DNA of 63,213 nucleotides, filler included, from Collodictyon triciliatum (Eukaryota), in assembly GCA_043381765.1 (NCBI GenBank). It is 5 parts of 5 records of this genome, joined end to end, with 100 filler letters (N's around TTAATTAATTAA, not from the genome) between each part and the next. Parts side by side here need not be neighbours in the genome. Positions count along the whole stretch, not along the records: positions 1 to 17,184 come from JBHJMP010002354.1; 4 more parts are not named here. One strand, written 5' to 3'. The first letter of the stretch is position 1; each line of letters begins with the position of its first letter. The notes under the pieces are model-generated. The model was not told the origin of the DNA, did not search any database, and saw only the letters and a program-made list of their open reading frames with translations. The translations under genes and the position numbers were made by a program. This document shows positions 1 to 11,610 of this stretch, in pieces.

Positions 1-31
1 TATTTATGCAGTATTTAGTGCAGCTGGATAC

Positions 32-1133
32 TTGAGAGATAATCGCAACATGGTCGGTGCATGCTTCATCATTTTGAGACCTTTAGTTCAAACATTTATC
101 AGTATTATTTATAGAACTGTGCTGGAGGTGTATTGAGAGCATCTTGTATAGCATGTCTTACCACCCCGCTGCGACAATATTCAGTCCAAGCAAGACCAGA
201 GCATCAATTAGTGAACCAGACGAATTTTAGGAGGAGTGCACAGTATAGTATATAATCGTGCGCTAAGTAATTACAAGAGAAACTGAAAATTTCAAAAGTG
301 TACGAATGATTCTCTTCACGAAAGCAAATAGAAGAAAAGAGAACCTCCTACAAACTCAATCTGTCCGCTCTGAACAAGAGCCTTCCAGGCATCCTTCGTT
401 TCGAGGGTTTGCTCCTCGTACCACCGGCTGAAGTATGATCTACACATCATCACAATTAATGAAAAAATATAATTGTGCTAGCGATACATCTCCACCATCT
501 TGCGCAAAATTGAAAGGAAGAATAAAAAAAAATTGTGCTAGCGATGATGACGATGGTGAAAAATTTGATAATCGCATAGCTGAAATGCTGTTATCAAAGC
601 AAATGATTCTATGCAGCGAAATGACCATCGAAAGCGTAGTTGTTTTGAAGTATGGGCATCACGAAACCCACATTTCTGACCATATGAAGCGGCGCGAAGG
701 GTCTCTTTGAAGGGCAACAACGACCCCACTGAGGATGACTTTGACTTGTTCCTGGTAATACTCCTGAAAGCAGAAAAAGAAAAGCAATTATGACGAGACT
801 ATACAGGGTTGCAAGCCAATGTAGTTCCTTTGGCCTCAGATCGCAGAGAATCCGACAGAAATGCCATGAACCCACATATATTTTTTTTATAAAAGAAAAG
901 AAGCGGGAAGAATACGTCAAAAACAAATAAAAGGCGAAGAGAAAAACCTCGAAGGTCAACAGCCAACCAGGATCGCAATGGCTGTGGGGAATGATGTGCG
1001 CGGTAATGACATTATTCCCGTCTTTTGCTTGCCCCGGTTGTGGCGTGTCTTTGCTTTTTACACACAAAGCAAGCAGAAGTGCTGCGCCGACCACGTACCA
1101 GAAGCCGTCGGCTGCGCGTCGAGTTCTTATCAT
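32..1133 (-). CDS. Glycoside hydrolase family 38 alpha-mannosidase, 5' part (gene continues past the left edge of the window)
   Basis: GT-AG exons 1133-948, 763-672, 439-345, 168-162 and 80-32 splice to a signal anchor/peptide followed by HIIPHSHCDPGWLLTFEEYY...RRFIWSEISYFSRWY...GQIEFVGAGWSQNDEACT. These are GH38 N-terminal motifs (HSHxDxGW, RFIWxE, GQxEFVxGGWxxNDEA). Confidence 0.93.
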
Positions 1134-1873
1134 CTGATAGGCGTGATAAGAAAAAGGATTTGGGATTTCTGTGTGCCGGTCTTTTCAATCGGCGGCGTTC
1201 GGTTGGACTTCGAAGAGTTTGAGCGTATTTTTTTTTCTTCTGTTGATGTCCTGAAGGCTTCTAATTGAGTCAAACAGCGTAGCATCTGATTGTGTCATCA
1301 AATAATCTTTGACAGTGCGAGTTAAATTGGGCGAAGCGCCAAAAAATGTCTTTTTCCGTGCAACTCACGCGATAATTATGGGTGTAGACTCTGCAGCCAA
1401 AATGTCGACTGTCACTTGACAGGACTCCCAATAGAAAAAAATATGGCCAGAGATAGGGAGCTGACACTCCTATTCTTTGGGGCGCGGTGCTTGCAGGGAA
1501 CGCCTTTCTGAAGGATGATGTTTTATTCGATGGACAAGTGGCACGCTTAGATATAAGCGTCTGCCCATTTAACCGACCCAGCGAATAGCCACATGGGGAT
1601 GATTAAAGAACCAATCGACTTACGTCGGGGTTTGGCCCTGGAGCTGTCGTAACAAATCAGATTATGCTCATATCAGGCGGTCGATGGACAATACTTACGC
1701 CTTGGAATAATTTGCAATTATTTTGTCGAGAATCTTTAATGAAAAATGAATCTGCGAATCTATGGACAAAGTGATCGAGTGTATTTAATCGACCGCTTCG
1801 GCATAAGAATATTCTTTCACTTTCCGTTTATTTTCATTTACTCATTTCTAAATTAACAAAAACAAAAAACAAA

Positions 1874-1874
<1 letters not shown>

Positions 1875-1928
<54 letters not shown>
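1875..1928. repeat. Poly-A tract upstream of the haloperoxidase ATG
   Basis: More than 50 consecutive A. Confidence 0.95.
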
Positions 1929-1929
<1 letters not shown>

Positions 1930-2021
1930 AAATCATTCACTACCCAAGAGGACTATAAGAAGCAGGAATCCTAATTGATAACACGGTGGGCACAGTAGGA
2001 GCAGCAAACAACAAATCCCAA

Positions 2022-5000
2022 ATGAAAGACTACAAAGCGAACTTCAAGTTGATATGTATTTTTTATTTGATTGGTGCAGTAAGCTTAGTTATGGGAAAAT
2101 CAGATAAGGTGACAATTAATCTCGTAATTCTCTATAACTATCCGTGAACCATCGGGTATTAATATAACTAACGCTATTATGGTCTCTATCTCTGAAGAAC
2201 CCTGCCTTAATTTGGACAAGTTTCTTTTTGAACCAAACAGTATCTCCTCCATTTACGAGTTCTCCGATAGAGATGGCAAGGTGAGCGAAAGCAAAAGAAA
2301 TTTATCATAAAGACAAACAATCACACTATCAATAGAAACTTATAAAGCGTCACTTCCGATAATTTCAGACAAACAACGATGTATCAATATAATTTTATCC
2401 TTTGAGGAATAATACCTTCGTTCGTAGATATTTGACCATTATACACGGATGCCTGTATAACACGTGGGCTGTATTTGACGAAAAAGTAATTATTCAATAA
2501 ATTTAAACATTACATGCACCATCCTGTATGTTTGACTATAGTATAATCATCTTTATTTTTCCTTTATTCGACTCAAAGATAGTATAATCATCTTATTCAT
2601 TTCGAGTAGGCTGTCTCATTGACAACCTCATCAATCGAAAAGCAAGTATTCGACGATGCATCGGTTAAGCAGGTGACATTTAGAAAAAAAAAACATAAAC
2701 ATGATTATTTTTATGACAAGGTTTTAATTAAATTGTATTCAATTTCCAGGCCATAGCCTACGCGGGATGGTTTTCAATTCGAAATATATTTATAAAAAAC
2801 AAATTATTGGTTCAAAGTACAGATAACCTATTAATTTCCATGGGACTTGTACCTCCCATGAGTAATTTTACACCTTATTCAGCAGCACATGTCGCAGTAA
2901 CAAGTTGTAAGGTACATATTGATTTCATTTCGTCAATAAGATATGTGAATAAAAGTAAAATGGTATTCAAAACAGGCTGTGATTAAGCTAAAAAATCGTG
3001 ACGGGCTAAATCAGAATGGGAAGTCATCGTGCTCCTCTGGTCAAAGCTATTCCGACACAACGTAAGAATGAATAAAATGGATATGAATTCAGTAGAGTAT
3101 AAATACTTATTCTTTTCAAGGGGCTATTATCCTATAAATGACGCCCAAGACGCTCCAGGGAGGACTAATTGCACTAGAATACGCTCTTTGGGGCATTGGC
3201 AACCAGCACTTGTTGCGAAAAACGGCATTTTCCAACCTCAAGAATTTATCTCTGTCCACTCAATTAAGACAAAGTCGTTTTCTGGTTTCAATATCCCAAA
3301 CCTTCCATTAGGGGGTAAACTTCTGCAATTATATCTTTACATCATTCCACAATTTTAATCAATATAGCTTTTCCCCGTTACTTGAGTGATTAAAAACAAT
3401 AAATCATTTTATCAGGTCCCCCGCTCATGAAAACACAGTCACAAACAGAATGTGTTAGACAATATGATGAGATTTTGAATATTAGCTCCAAACTTGACGA
3501 CAACTCAAAGGTGATAGCAGAATACTGGTATAATTCCAAGAGAGCGCTTTTGCCTCCAGGTCATTGGTATTCATCTAATACATTGAACCAACTATATTAT
3601 GGATCAAATAATAAAGCATAATCCGAAAAAATTTTTGTATAGGACACTTTTTGCTGTAAATATTATATCAAATTCCAAACTAAGTTTGAAAGACTCCATC
3701 GCCCTTCTGTTTGTCAACTCTAATGCTCTTCTAGATGCTGGCCTGGCAGCATGGTCAGTCAAGAGACTTTATCAAAGTGCACGGCCCATTTCGGTTGCAA
3801 ATTAATATTTAAAAGATTAAGCAAGCTGGATTTTTAGATAGAAGTCACGACATCGTACTTGAATATTGTTTTCGATTAAAAATAATTTTCTTGTTTGTAC
3901 TTTTGTTACTTAAAAGATTGGTTTTTTGAAATGAAACTAACTTATTATATTCAAAAGATGATTCAGTGCACTCACCAAGACCAGAAGGTATGGGCTTGGT
4001 CAGGTCCTTACAAAGGAGTACAATCCATAGACGGCTCAACATGGAACTCATATTTGGTCCTCAATTATTATCAATTGAAATCATCTCTTTGATAAACCGC
4101 AGGCTCAGGTGATGAATGATGCTCTACTAAAAAAAAATGCATCTTTTAATAGCCTTCTCCTCCATTCCCTGACTATGTTTCGGGGCACAGTTCATTTAGT
4201 GGAGCCAGTGCCCAAATATTCCAGCTATTTATGAAGAAGAATGATACTTTTATAGGGGACAATTATTTTGTTTATGAAAGCGGTATGTTATATCTATTCA
4301 GTCCATGGGATTTTTTTATAAAAAAAAAAAAAACACACATCCAGTTAACCAATGTATCGTTCGTTACAACAAGGCTCTTCGTCAGTCGAGCCCAGGATTA
4401 CAGATGAAACAGACCCCAGGTTTGTAGATGGGGTGACTAATGTCCCTAATAGTGGGCCGAAAACTGTGGGATATTCCCCTGCAACTCCGATTAGGATAAG
4501 GTCTTTTGTCACAACCAATCTCATGTTCAATTGCACATTTTTTACTTTACTAAAAGTATAATAACGTAACATTTTCTTTCAAAGATGAATTCATGCAATT
4601 TTTTGGGGGGTTCCATTTATTTTTCACTTGGTTTATTTCCCTTTGAAAATTTTTTTAAAATCTTGAAACTTTTCATTCTAATCTAATATACTCACGAGGA
4701 AGTTGGGAGACGTACACTGTTGCTGCGAAGCAGGCAGGTATGAGTCGCCTATTTGCCGGTATACATACTTTTAGCGCCAATATTGACGGCATATTTCTCG
4801 GTCGATATATAGCGACTTTGGTTTGGAACCGGGTATGAGAAATCTTGTAATTAAAAATAAAGAGAAAATTATCCTCGCTACGGCGGTGGCTTATTTGCGC
4901 AGAATATGATTTGTGCAATCTCACATGCACAAAATTGAAAGGAAGAATAAAAAAAAATAAAAAAATGATTTGTGCAATCTCCTCTTTGCAAAATTTAACG

Positions 5001-5928
5001 CTGAAATGTTGCAGTTCAAGCAGTATTCCTCTGTCACGAACTACGAGGAAACTAGGGATGAATGTAATTCATCTGAGAAGGAGGTATGTTCAGGAAATGG
5101 GTATTGTGTTTCCGGTACTTGTGTTTGCCGGCCAGAGTATTCCGGTTGGCAATGTAGTGGAGGTGGGTATCGCATTATCATGTGCTTGCTGGCATCTAAT
5201 TTACTATAGTGTGTTTATTATCAAACAACGAGATTTAGTGAGAAACCGGTCATTCTAATTCCAACAAATGTGCGATAGTTGTACAGACGACAGAGTTCTT
5301 TATACAAGATACCATCACAGAACAACTGGGTAACAAAGTAACCACGTCTGGCAGAGTGTGCGCAAAAGTGATTATTTTAAACTACGTGTATAGAGTTTTG
5401 ATTAGAGCATCTGCCATATTTCTACGATATTTCAATTTTCCACTATTTTTATATATTTTTTTTTCATTTTACACATCTTGAGAATCTCTTCAGTTCTTTA
5501 ATTTTCTTAATGACATCGCTCATTCTTTAAGGACGTCTTATTGGAGGCACATCCGATAAATGGCGTCGTTGTCGTTGGGGTGCTTGTGCTGCCAGATGGA
5601 AACCGGGTCAAGTTCCAGTCCACCAGCGATGAGCTTGGCCATTTCAGATATCGCTTCAAAATATCTCCTGGCGTGAAAGGTCAGTTATCGGCTTTGTGTA
5701 TCTGGAAACCTTTTATATGTTCTTATATTTACCTGTACATGTGTATTGTGACAAAGCACAAGACCTTTTTGTGTCCGATGTTCGTGCATTTTGGCAGTTA
5801 GAATAACAATTGCAAAATCTGCAGGGGTTATATCATGCTGCGTTGAGTCAGCACAAAAAAATGGCTATGTGTGGGTATCCGCTTCGCCAGCAGCTAATCA
5901 GTTATGCTCAAGTGTAGAGTACAATTGA
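2022..5928 (+). CDS. Secreted vanadium-dependent haloperoxidase-like protein (PAP2 superfamily) with a C-terminal EGF-like module and a beta-rich tail; multi-exon
   Basis: Hydrophobic N-terminus MKDYKANFKLICIFYLIGAVSLVMG. Spliced product has IAEYW...PPGHW, DAGLAAWSVKRLYQSARP (K-x6-RP), PPFPDYVSGHS and GMSRLFAGIH (R-x5-H), the three vanadate/phosphate-binding motifs. Then CSGNGYCVSGTCVCRPEYSGWQC (EGF-like). Inferred stop TGA at 5926-5928; the last exons are less certain. Confidence 0.85.
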
Positions 5929-6870
5929 CACTCCAACATGTGTATCGAATCAAAACTTTGAGAACTAAGCGATGGTGCGCGATTTGATAAATGTTCGTGG
6001 GAGTTGGATTTCGCTTAGACAAATCTTTATTTCAAATATCGAATCCAATACTTGATAAGAATGTTACAATTCATGTGAAAAATAGAACTGGAAGGATGTT
6101 AGTGTGATGAAAGAGGGCCCAGTTTGCTTTGATTACATCAATAAAACAAAAAACTTCAAAAAAAAGAAGAGAAAAAGGAAAGAAAAAGGAAAGAAAAGAA
6201 TGACAAAACGAGGGACTTTAATATGAGAAGCTAGACGGGAAAAAAGAGAGAAGCGCGCGTAATGGGTACAACACTTTTAAAGCAGGCCGTAAACCCCATA
6301 TCTCTTTCACAGATGTACAAGGAAATAACTGAACAAAATCTTCTTGGCCACATGCACGATTGATACATAAATGATGACAGGTACTGGAGAATTCAACAAA
6401 CATCTATTTGTCTTCAAAAATCGATGAGCCTCCCTTCAGAAGTTAACTTGTGTAAGCATGAGTCTTCCTGTCACACCCGGCATGCAAACAGGAATACACG
6501 GCAACTGATTGAATTTGCAAAGGGTGTTTGGAATACCAATAGCAATGCCTTGTTGAGAGCCAAATCCTTTATAGGTTTGGTTCAGTTTGAAATCGGCATA
6601 AGGTGTTGCCCGGCTTGTGTAATACATAAAAAAAAAAAAAAGGAAATCAATGATTACGAGCGGCTTTCTGTCAAAATAAGGAGTAAATCGATTGAATGGG
6701 GCTTATTCCTCTTTTTTCACTATCTAATTTCTTTCTGGATTGACATATCGTACAGTTTGATAATTTCACGATGCAACTAACCTTTTGTTTGATTGATAAA
6801 GTAATGTAATTGATAATATGCATTTCATCAAATAGAAGAGTTTGGATACTGAGAGTATCAAATGCGACCA

Positions 6871-9800
6871 TCAAAAGCGTCGATTTCTTCCCAGGCCAGA
6901 GGATAGATTCGATTCATATCCAGACCCACTACTCCCAACCGAGGCCGAGGATGCAGTTGCCCCGACTCCATTCATGTAGTTGTTTAGTGTCCTCTCTAAT
7001 TTGGCGGTGATTGATGCGGCTCTTTCAGATTTCATGGAAAGGTTGCTCGACAAACTTGAGCCGTAGTAATCTGGCTGGGAATTGTCTAGAGAGCTTCGTA
7101 TACCACGGTCACCAACTGATGGCTTTGATGAAAGCGACCGGGATGCTGTAGGTACGGAAGGTAGTGAACTTGTATATGACGATGTTGACTTTGGTGGTGT
7201 TGAAGGCTGTCGTCCTGTTGCTCCTTTAACTGCAATTTAACCAAATGATTTTTAGGAAGGGTCATGTCAGGAAGAAAAGGTACAAATAATGGCCCCTCAT
7301 TCTTATTGGGGAATTTTCGCAGTAGGAAAAGGCAAACATTCCATTTCTTTGTTTATTTTTTGTTTCTTTTTTTTTGTTTTTTGTTCCTTTTTTTTTGTTT
7401 TTTGTTTCTTTTTTTGTTTCTTTTTTTGTTTCTTTTTTTGTTTCTTTTTTTTGTTTCTTTTTTTGTTTCTTTTTTTTGTTTCTTTTTTTTGTTTCTTTTT
7501 TTTTGTTTCTTTTTTTTNNNNNNNNNNNNNNNNNNNNNNNNNNNNNNNNNNNNNNNNNNNNNNNNNNNNNNNNNNNNNNNNNNNNNNNNNNNNNNNNNNN
7601 NNNNNNNNNNNNNNNNNNNNNNNNNNNNNNNNNNNNNNNNNNNNNNNNNNNNNNNNNNNNNNNNNNNNNNNNNNNNNNNNNNNNNNNNNNNNNNNNNNNN
7701 NNNNNNNNNNNNNNNNNNNNNNNNNNNNNNNNNNNNNNNNNNNNNNNNNNNNNNNNNNNNNNNNNNNNNNNNNNNNNNNNNNNNNNNNNNNNNNNNNNNN
7801 NNNNNNNNNNNNNNNNNNNNNNNNNNNNNNNNNNNNNNNNNNNNNNNNNNNNNNNNNNNNNNNNNNNNNNNNNNNNNNCTATTTTGTTTCTATTTTGTTT
7901 CTATTTTGTTTCTATTTTGTTTCTATTTTGTTTCTATTTTGTTTCTATTTTGTTTCTATTTTGTTTCTATTTTGTTTTGCTCATGATTCAAAGCTGTCTG
8001 AGGCTCGGACCTTTGGGTATTTTGACATCTGACTCGCGATTGGAAAGCTTACCAGGGCCATTTGGGAGACTCGATGTGGAAGGTGTCCCGGATGCTATTT
8101 GATAAGGAATATCGTAATGAGGGCAAAAAATATATTGAGGGTGTTATCAAATCTGATTGGCTCATCGCGCTTTGAGATATAGAAGGAGTAAACTATCAGA
8201 CATATAGAGGGCGATGGCAAAGCAAACTTACGAGCTGGTCTGGGAAACCTTCCCAGCTGGCTACTTGTGGAACCCTATAGCAAACAATGAAATTTTGAAA
8301 AGGAAAAGTTAATTAATCAAGTCCTGGCAGATATCAAAATCGAATGTCAGCCAAAGATGTACAAAGTTTGGGTTCGAATGGGTGAAAGTGAGAAAATTAC
8401 TGATGAAGCGGAGTAGTTTGCTGAGCTTAGCTGGCTTCCCATACTCGAAAGAGATGACACAGAAGATACCGATGAGGAAGCAGATAGGTTTGGTGATCCG
8501 CTCGTCGTTCCTGTCAATCCACCAGTGCCCTGACTGGTGAATGGCGACTTCTTCAGAGCGCTAGGGAGGGACAACTTAGTCGTTGAGGGCAATCGATTGT
8601 CGCTCACATCTGCAATAGGGAGCAAGTTAAGTCACGTTCTGTAGAGATACTAATGTTTTGATGTATGATGATCTGTCGAGGGTTTTGGACAGGCGATGAC
8701 GCTAGCTTACCTGAACTTAATGTCGGAGGTCGACCTGGTGGTGCTGATGAAAACTTTCCTGTTGATTTGGCGGGTGAGTACTTCCCCTTTGATGCCTGTA
8801 GGTCGGTGGGCTCCCCAAATCGTTTGCGAAAGTCCATTCTTCCTTTGTCAAAGTCAAGCTCTCGTCGACCACCACCGTCATAATCGGAAGAGTCCTGTAT
8901 TTATTCATTTATTTTGAAATATTTCCAGTGAGTATTGAAAAAAGGAGCAAAGATGACTGGGAGGGTATACATGATGTATGGTTTACAAAATATATATATA
9001 AGGGATGTCTGCGTACTGCACTAGCTAGAACTGCTTTCTCTTCCTCCTCCTTCTTTTTGTCAGCTGCTTCAGATGATGGGGAGTTTCGGTTATTTGTAAG
9101 ATCCACCTGAATCTGTAAGGACAGCAAAAATTAGGGCGAAATCTTTTGTGCTTTCTATCGAGGAATTCTGGTGTTTTGACATTTTTTATGATTTTTTTGA
9201 TTTTTTTTGATTTTTTTGATATTTTTTGATATTTTTTGATATTTTTTTTAACCTGAGACATCGTTTGTCTGGCGGCTGTGGAAACATCTCTATCTTTGTC
9301 ACTCATTAAGGTCTTGAGCAATAAATGAAAATAAAATTAATCTTCAGACAACACAATTACAGTGTCAAGGATTTTTTTTTAAAAAAAAAAAAAACTAAAA
9401 GAAAGGGCCAATGATTTCGGAACAAGTCTGCCACACATCGCTAGAGCGCCAGACATACCTCCATAATATCATCCAGCCTTCTGATTGCAGGCTCATCATA
9501 AGGTCCTCGCAAGATTCGCCTCAAGTATGGAGCCAATTTACAGAATTTCAGTCTGACATTTGGGACTGAATCCTGTTTGATGTCAAAGATATTAACATTT
9601 GAAAATGCGCATGATAACGATACATGGTAGGTATTAATTAGGATATCATTGCATAATGTTTCGACTTTATAATAGAGGAAACAGCCATCACTAATGTGCA
9701 GAGATTTGATTATACTCTTCCGAGGTCGATAGCAGCGTCGAAAAAGTGCTCCCTGAAAAATTTTCTGCTGAACATGTCCGTAGCAGAGATGCAAATATCT

Positions 9801-11523
9801 ACATATACAAGGCGGTTGTAGCAGCTTTTCTTTCGACCAAATCGCTGGACGAGCTGGGCACATATGTTTGAACGTTGATAGCTCTTCCTGTTTTTTCGTA
9901 TGTATAGACATATGTTCTTTGTTGCTGTTTCTTTCACAGGGGCTGGTGCCTGGAGAATGAATTAAAATCGAATAAGCAACCGAACAATAGCATATTTGTG
10001 ACATGGAAAAGAGAAAGACCAACATGTTACAAGAGAAATAGTCTATCCATGGAATGTATTCATAGTTAAAAAAAATCATTTTCAAAAAAAAACCTCCTCC
10101 ATCAAACGGAATATTAGCGGTACAAAGTATTCGTAAATTTGGTCGCTGGTGTAGTACTCAGGAATGGTTAAAATTTGACCAAGGAATACCTGTGTCACTC
10201 GCCAGTTTTTCATTATCGATGTTTGATAATCCATAATCAATGGGAGGAATTCGCAGTATATTGCGTACTAAAATAATGTATACTCGATGTTGGCTTGTGT
10301 TTTAAATAAATAGAACTTCAAAACGCTGCTATCAAACGTATAATGAAATATTTCATAAGGGTAGATAAATCAAGGCACAAGCAGAAAATAAAAGAGAAAA
10401 ACAGGTTCACCTAGCAGAGTGAAAAGGCAAAATCATATAAACTGCTACCTTTTGGTCTTCATTTGATATCGAAAACATCGACAATATCTGATCAAAATGA
10501 TCTGCAAGGGCTAACTTGACTTCAATGCTGTCATCTTGAAGTAAATACACGAACGAGTCTTTTAAATATTTTACGCATCTCTCTTTCCCAAGAATTGTTG
10601 CAACCTGCAAGAAAATTCATTTTTCGGCCACATCAGGATTAAATGCCAAAGATGATTTTTGGAATGGAATACGCTAAATGTTGCTTTTCTGTATTCTTTC
10701 TTTCAGTTTGTGTTTAGTGTCGTTTTCTAGTTTGACCATACCTCATGGAATCCACAAGCCATTGTCCTTCGCACAAGAGCATAACTGTCTCTTACGAGTT
10801 GAGAAAAAGTATCGTGAAGATTCAAGGCATATCGTCGAGCACCCATGCATTTTATCACCGCCTGATGTGATACAAATGGGTTATCTTCCACCAAAAGGAC
10901 GATGAATTTACTTGTTGAAATCTGTATTCGGTCCATGATGGTTGACCTTTAGATAGTGGTGTAATCAAGACAAACGGGAAAATTGTAGGCAGAATTCTTC
11001 CGTGACTCAAAATCCGGTCTCTTGGCAAGCAGTTTGAAGAAGTTGTAGAATACCATAGCTTCGTCTTCATCTTCAAAGTCATCTGCGTAGTATTGATGCG
11101 TCTGTAGTTAGCAATATATGGCCAAGGAGAGGGATGGGGAAACAAATCACTGTGATGAAGAGTATAATAAAAATAATGACGTAGAATCAATAGTAAATGG
11201 AAGATTACTTGCTACTCGAAAAAGCATTTCTCCGAAAAGTTTGCTGATAATTGTAATCATATCTTCTGGAGGATTCAGACAGAATGTCTTGAACTGGGGT
11301 ATTATGACCTCCTTCTTTATTTTCTTATCGAAAAAGTCTGATAGATTGACGAAAGTCTGAAATGCGGCGTTTTTGACAGAAGTCTCTTCATCTTTTAGAA
11401 GCTCTTGAAGTTCATATATGAGGTCTGCTTGGGACACGTTTGGTCTATAGTTTGGAATAGGTGAACAAGGGGGAATCGAATATCGGAGTCGATCATTTAG
11501 CTTTGTCAATTTACTGACATACG

Positions 11524-11610
<87 letters not shown>

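Noticed and set aside
1691-1705. ATACTTAC, resembling the 5' end of U1 snRNA
   Set aside because: The match stops after 8 nt (no CTGG), and no U1 stem-loops follow.
6218-6874. Short ORFs between the haloperoxidase and PPP4R4 3' ends
   Set aside because: No recognisable motifs or consistent exon chain; most likely 3' UTR or intergenic sequence.
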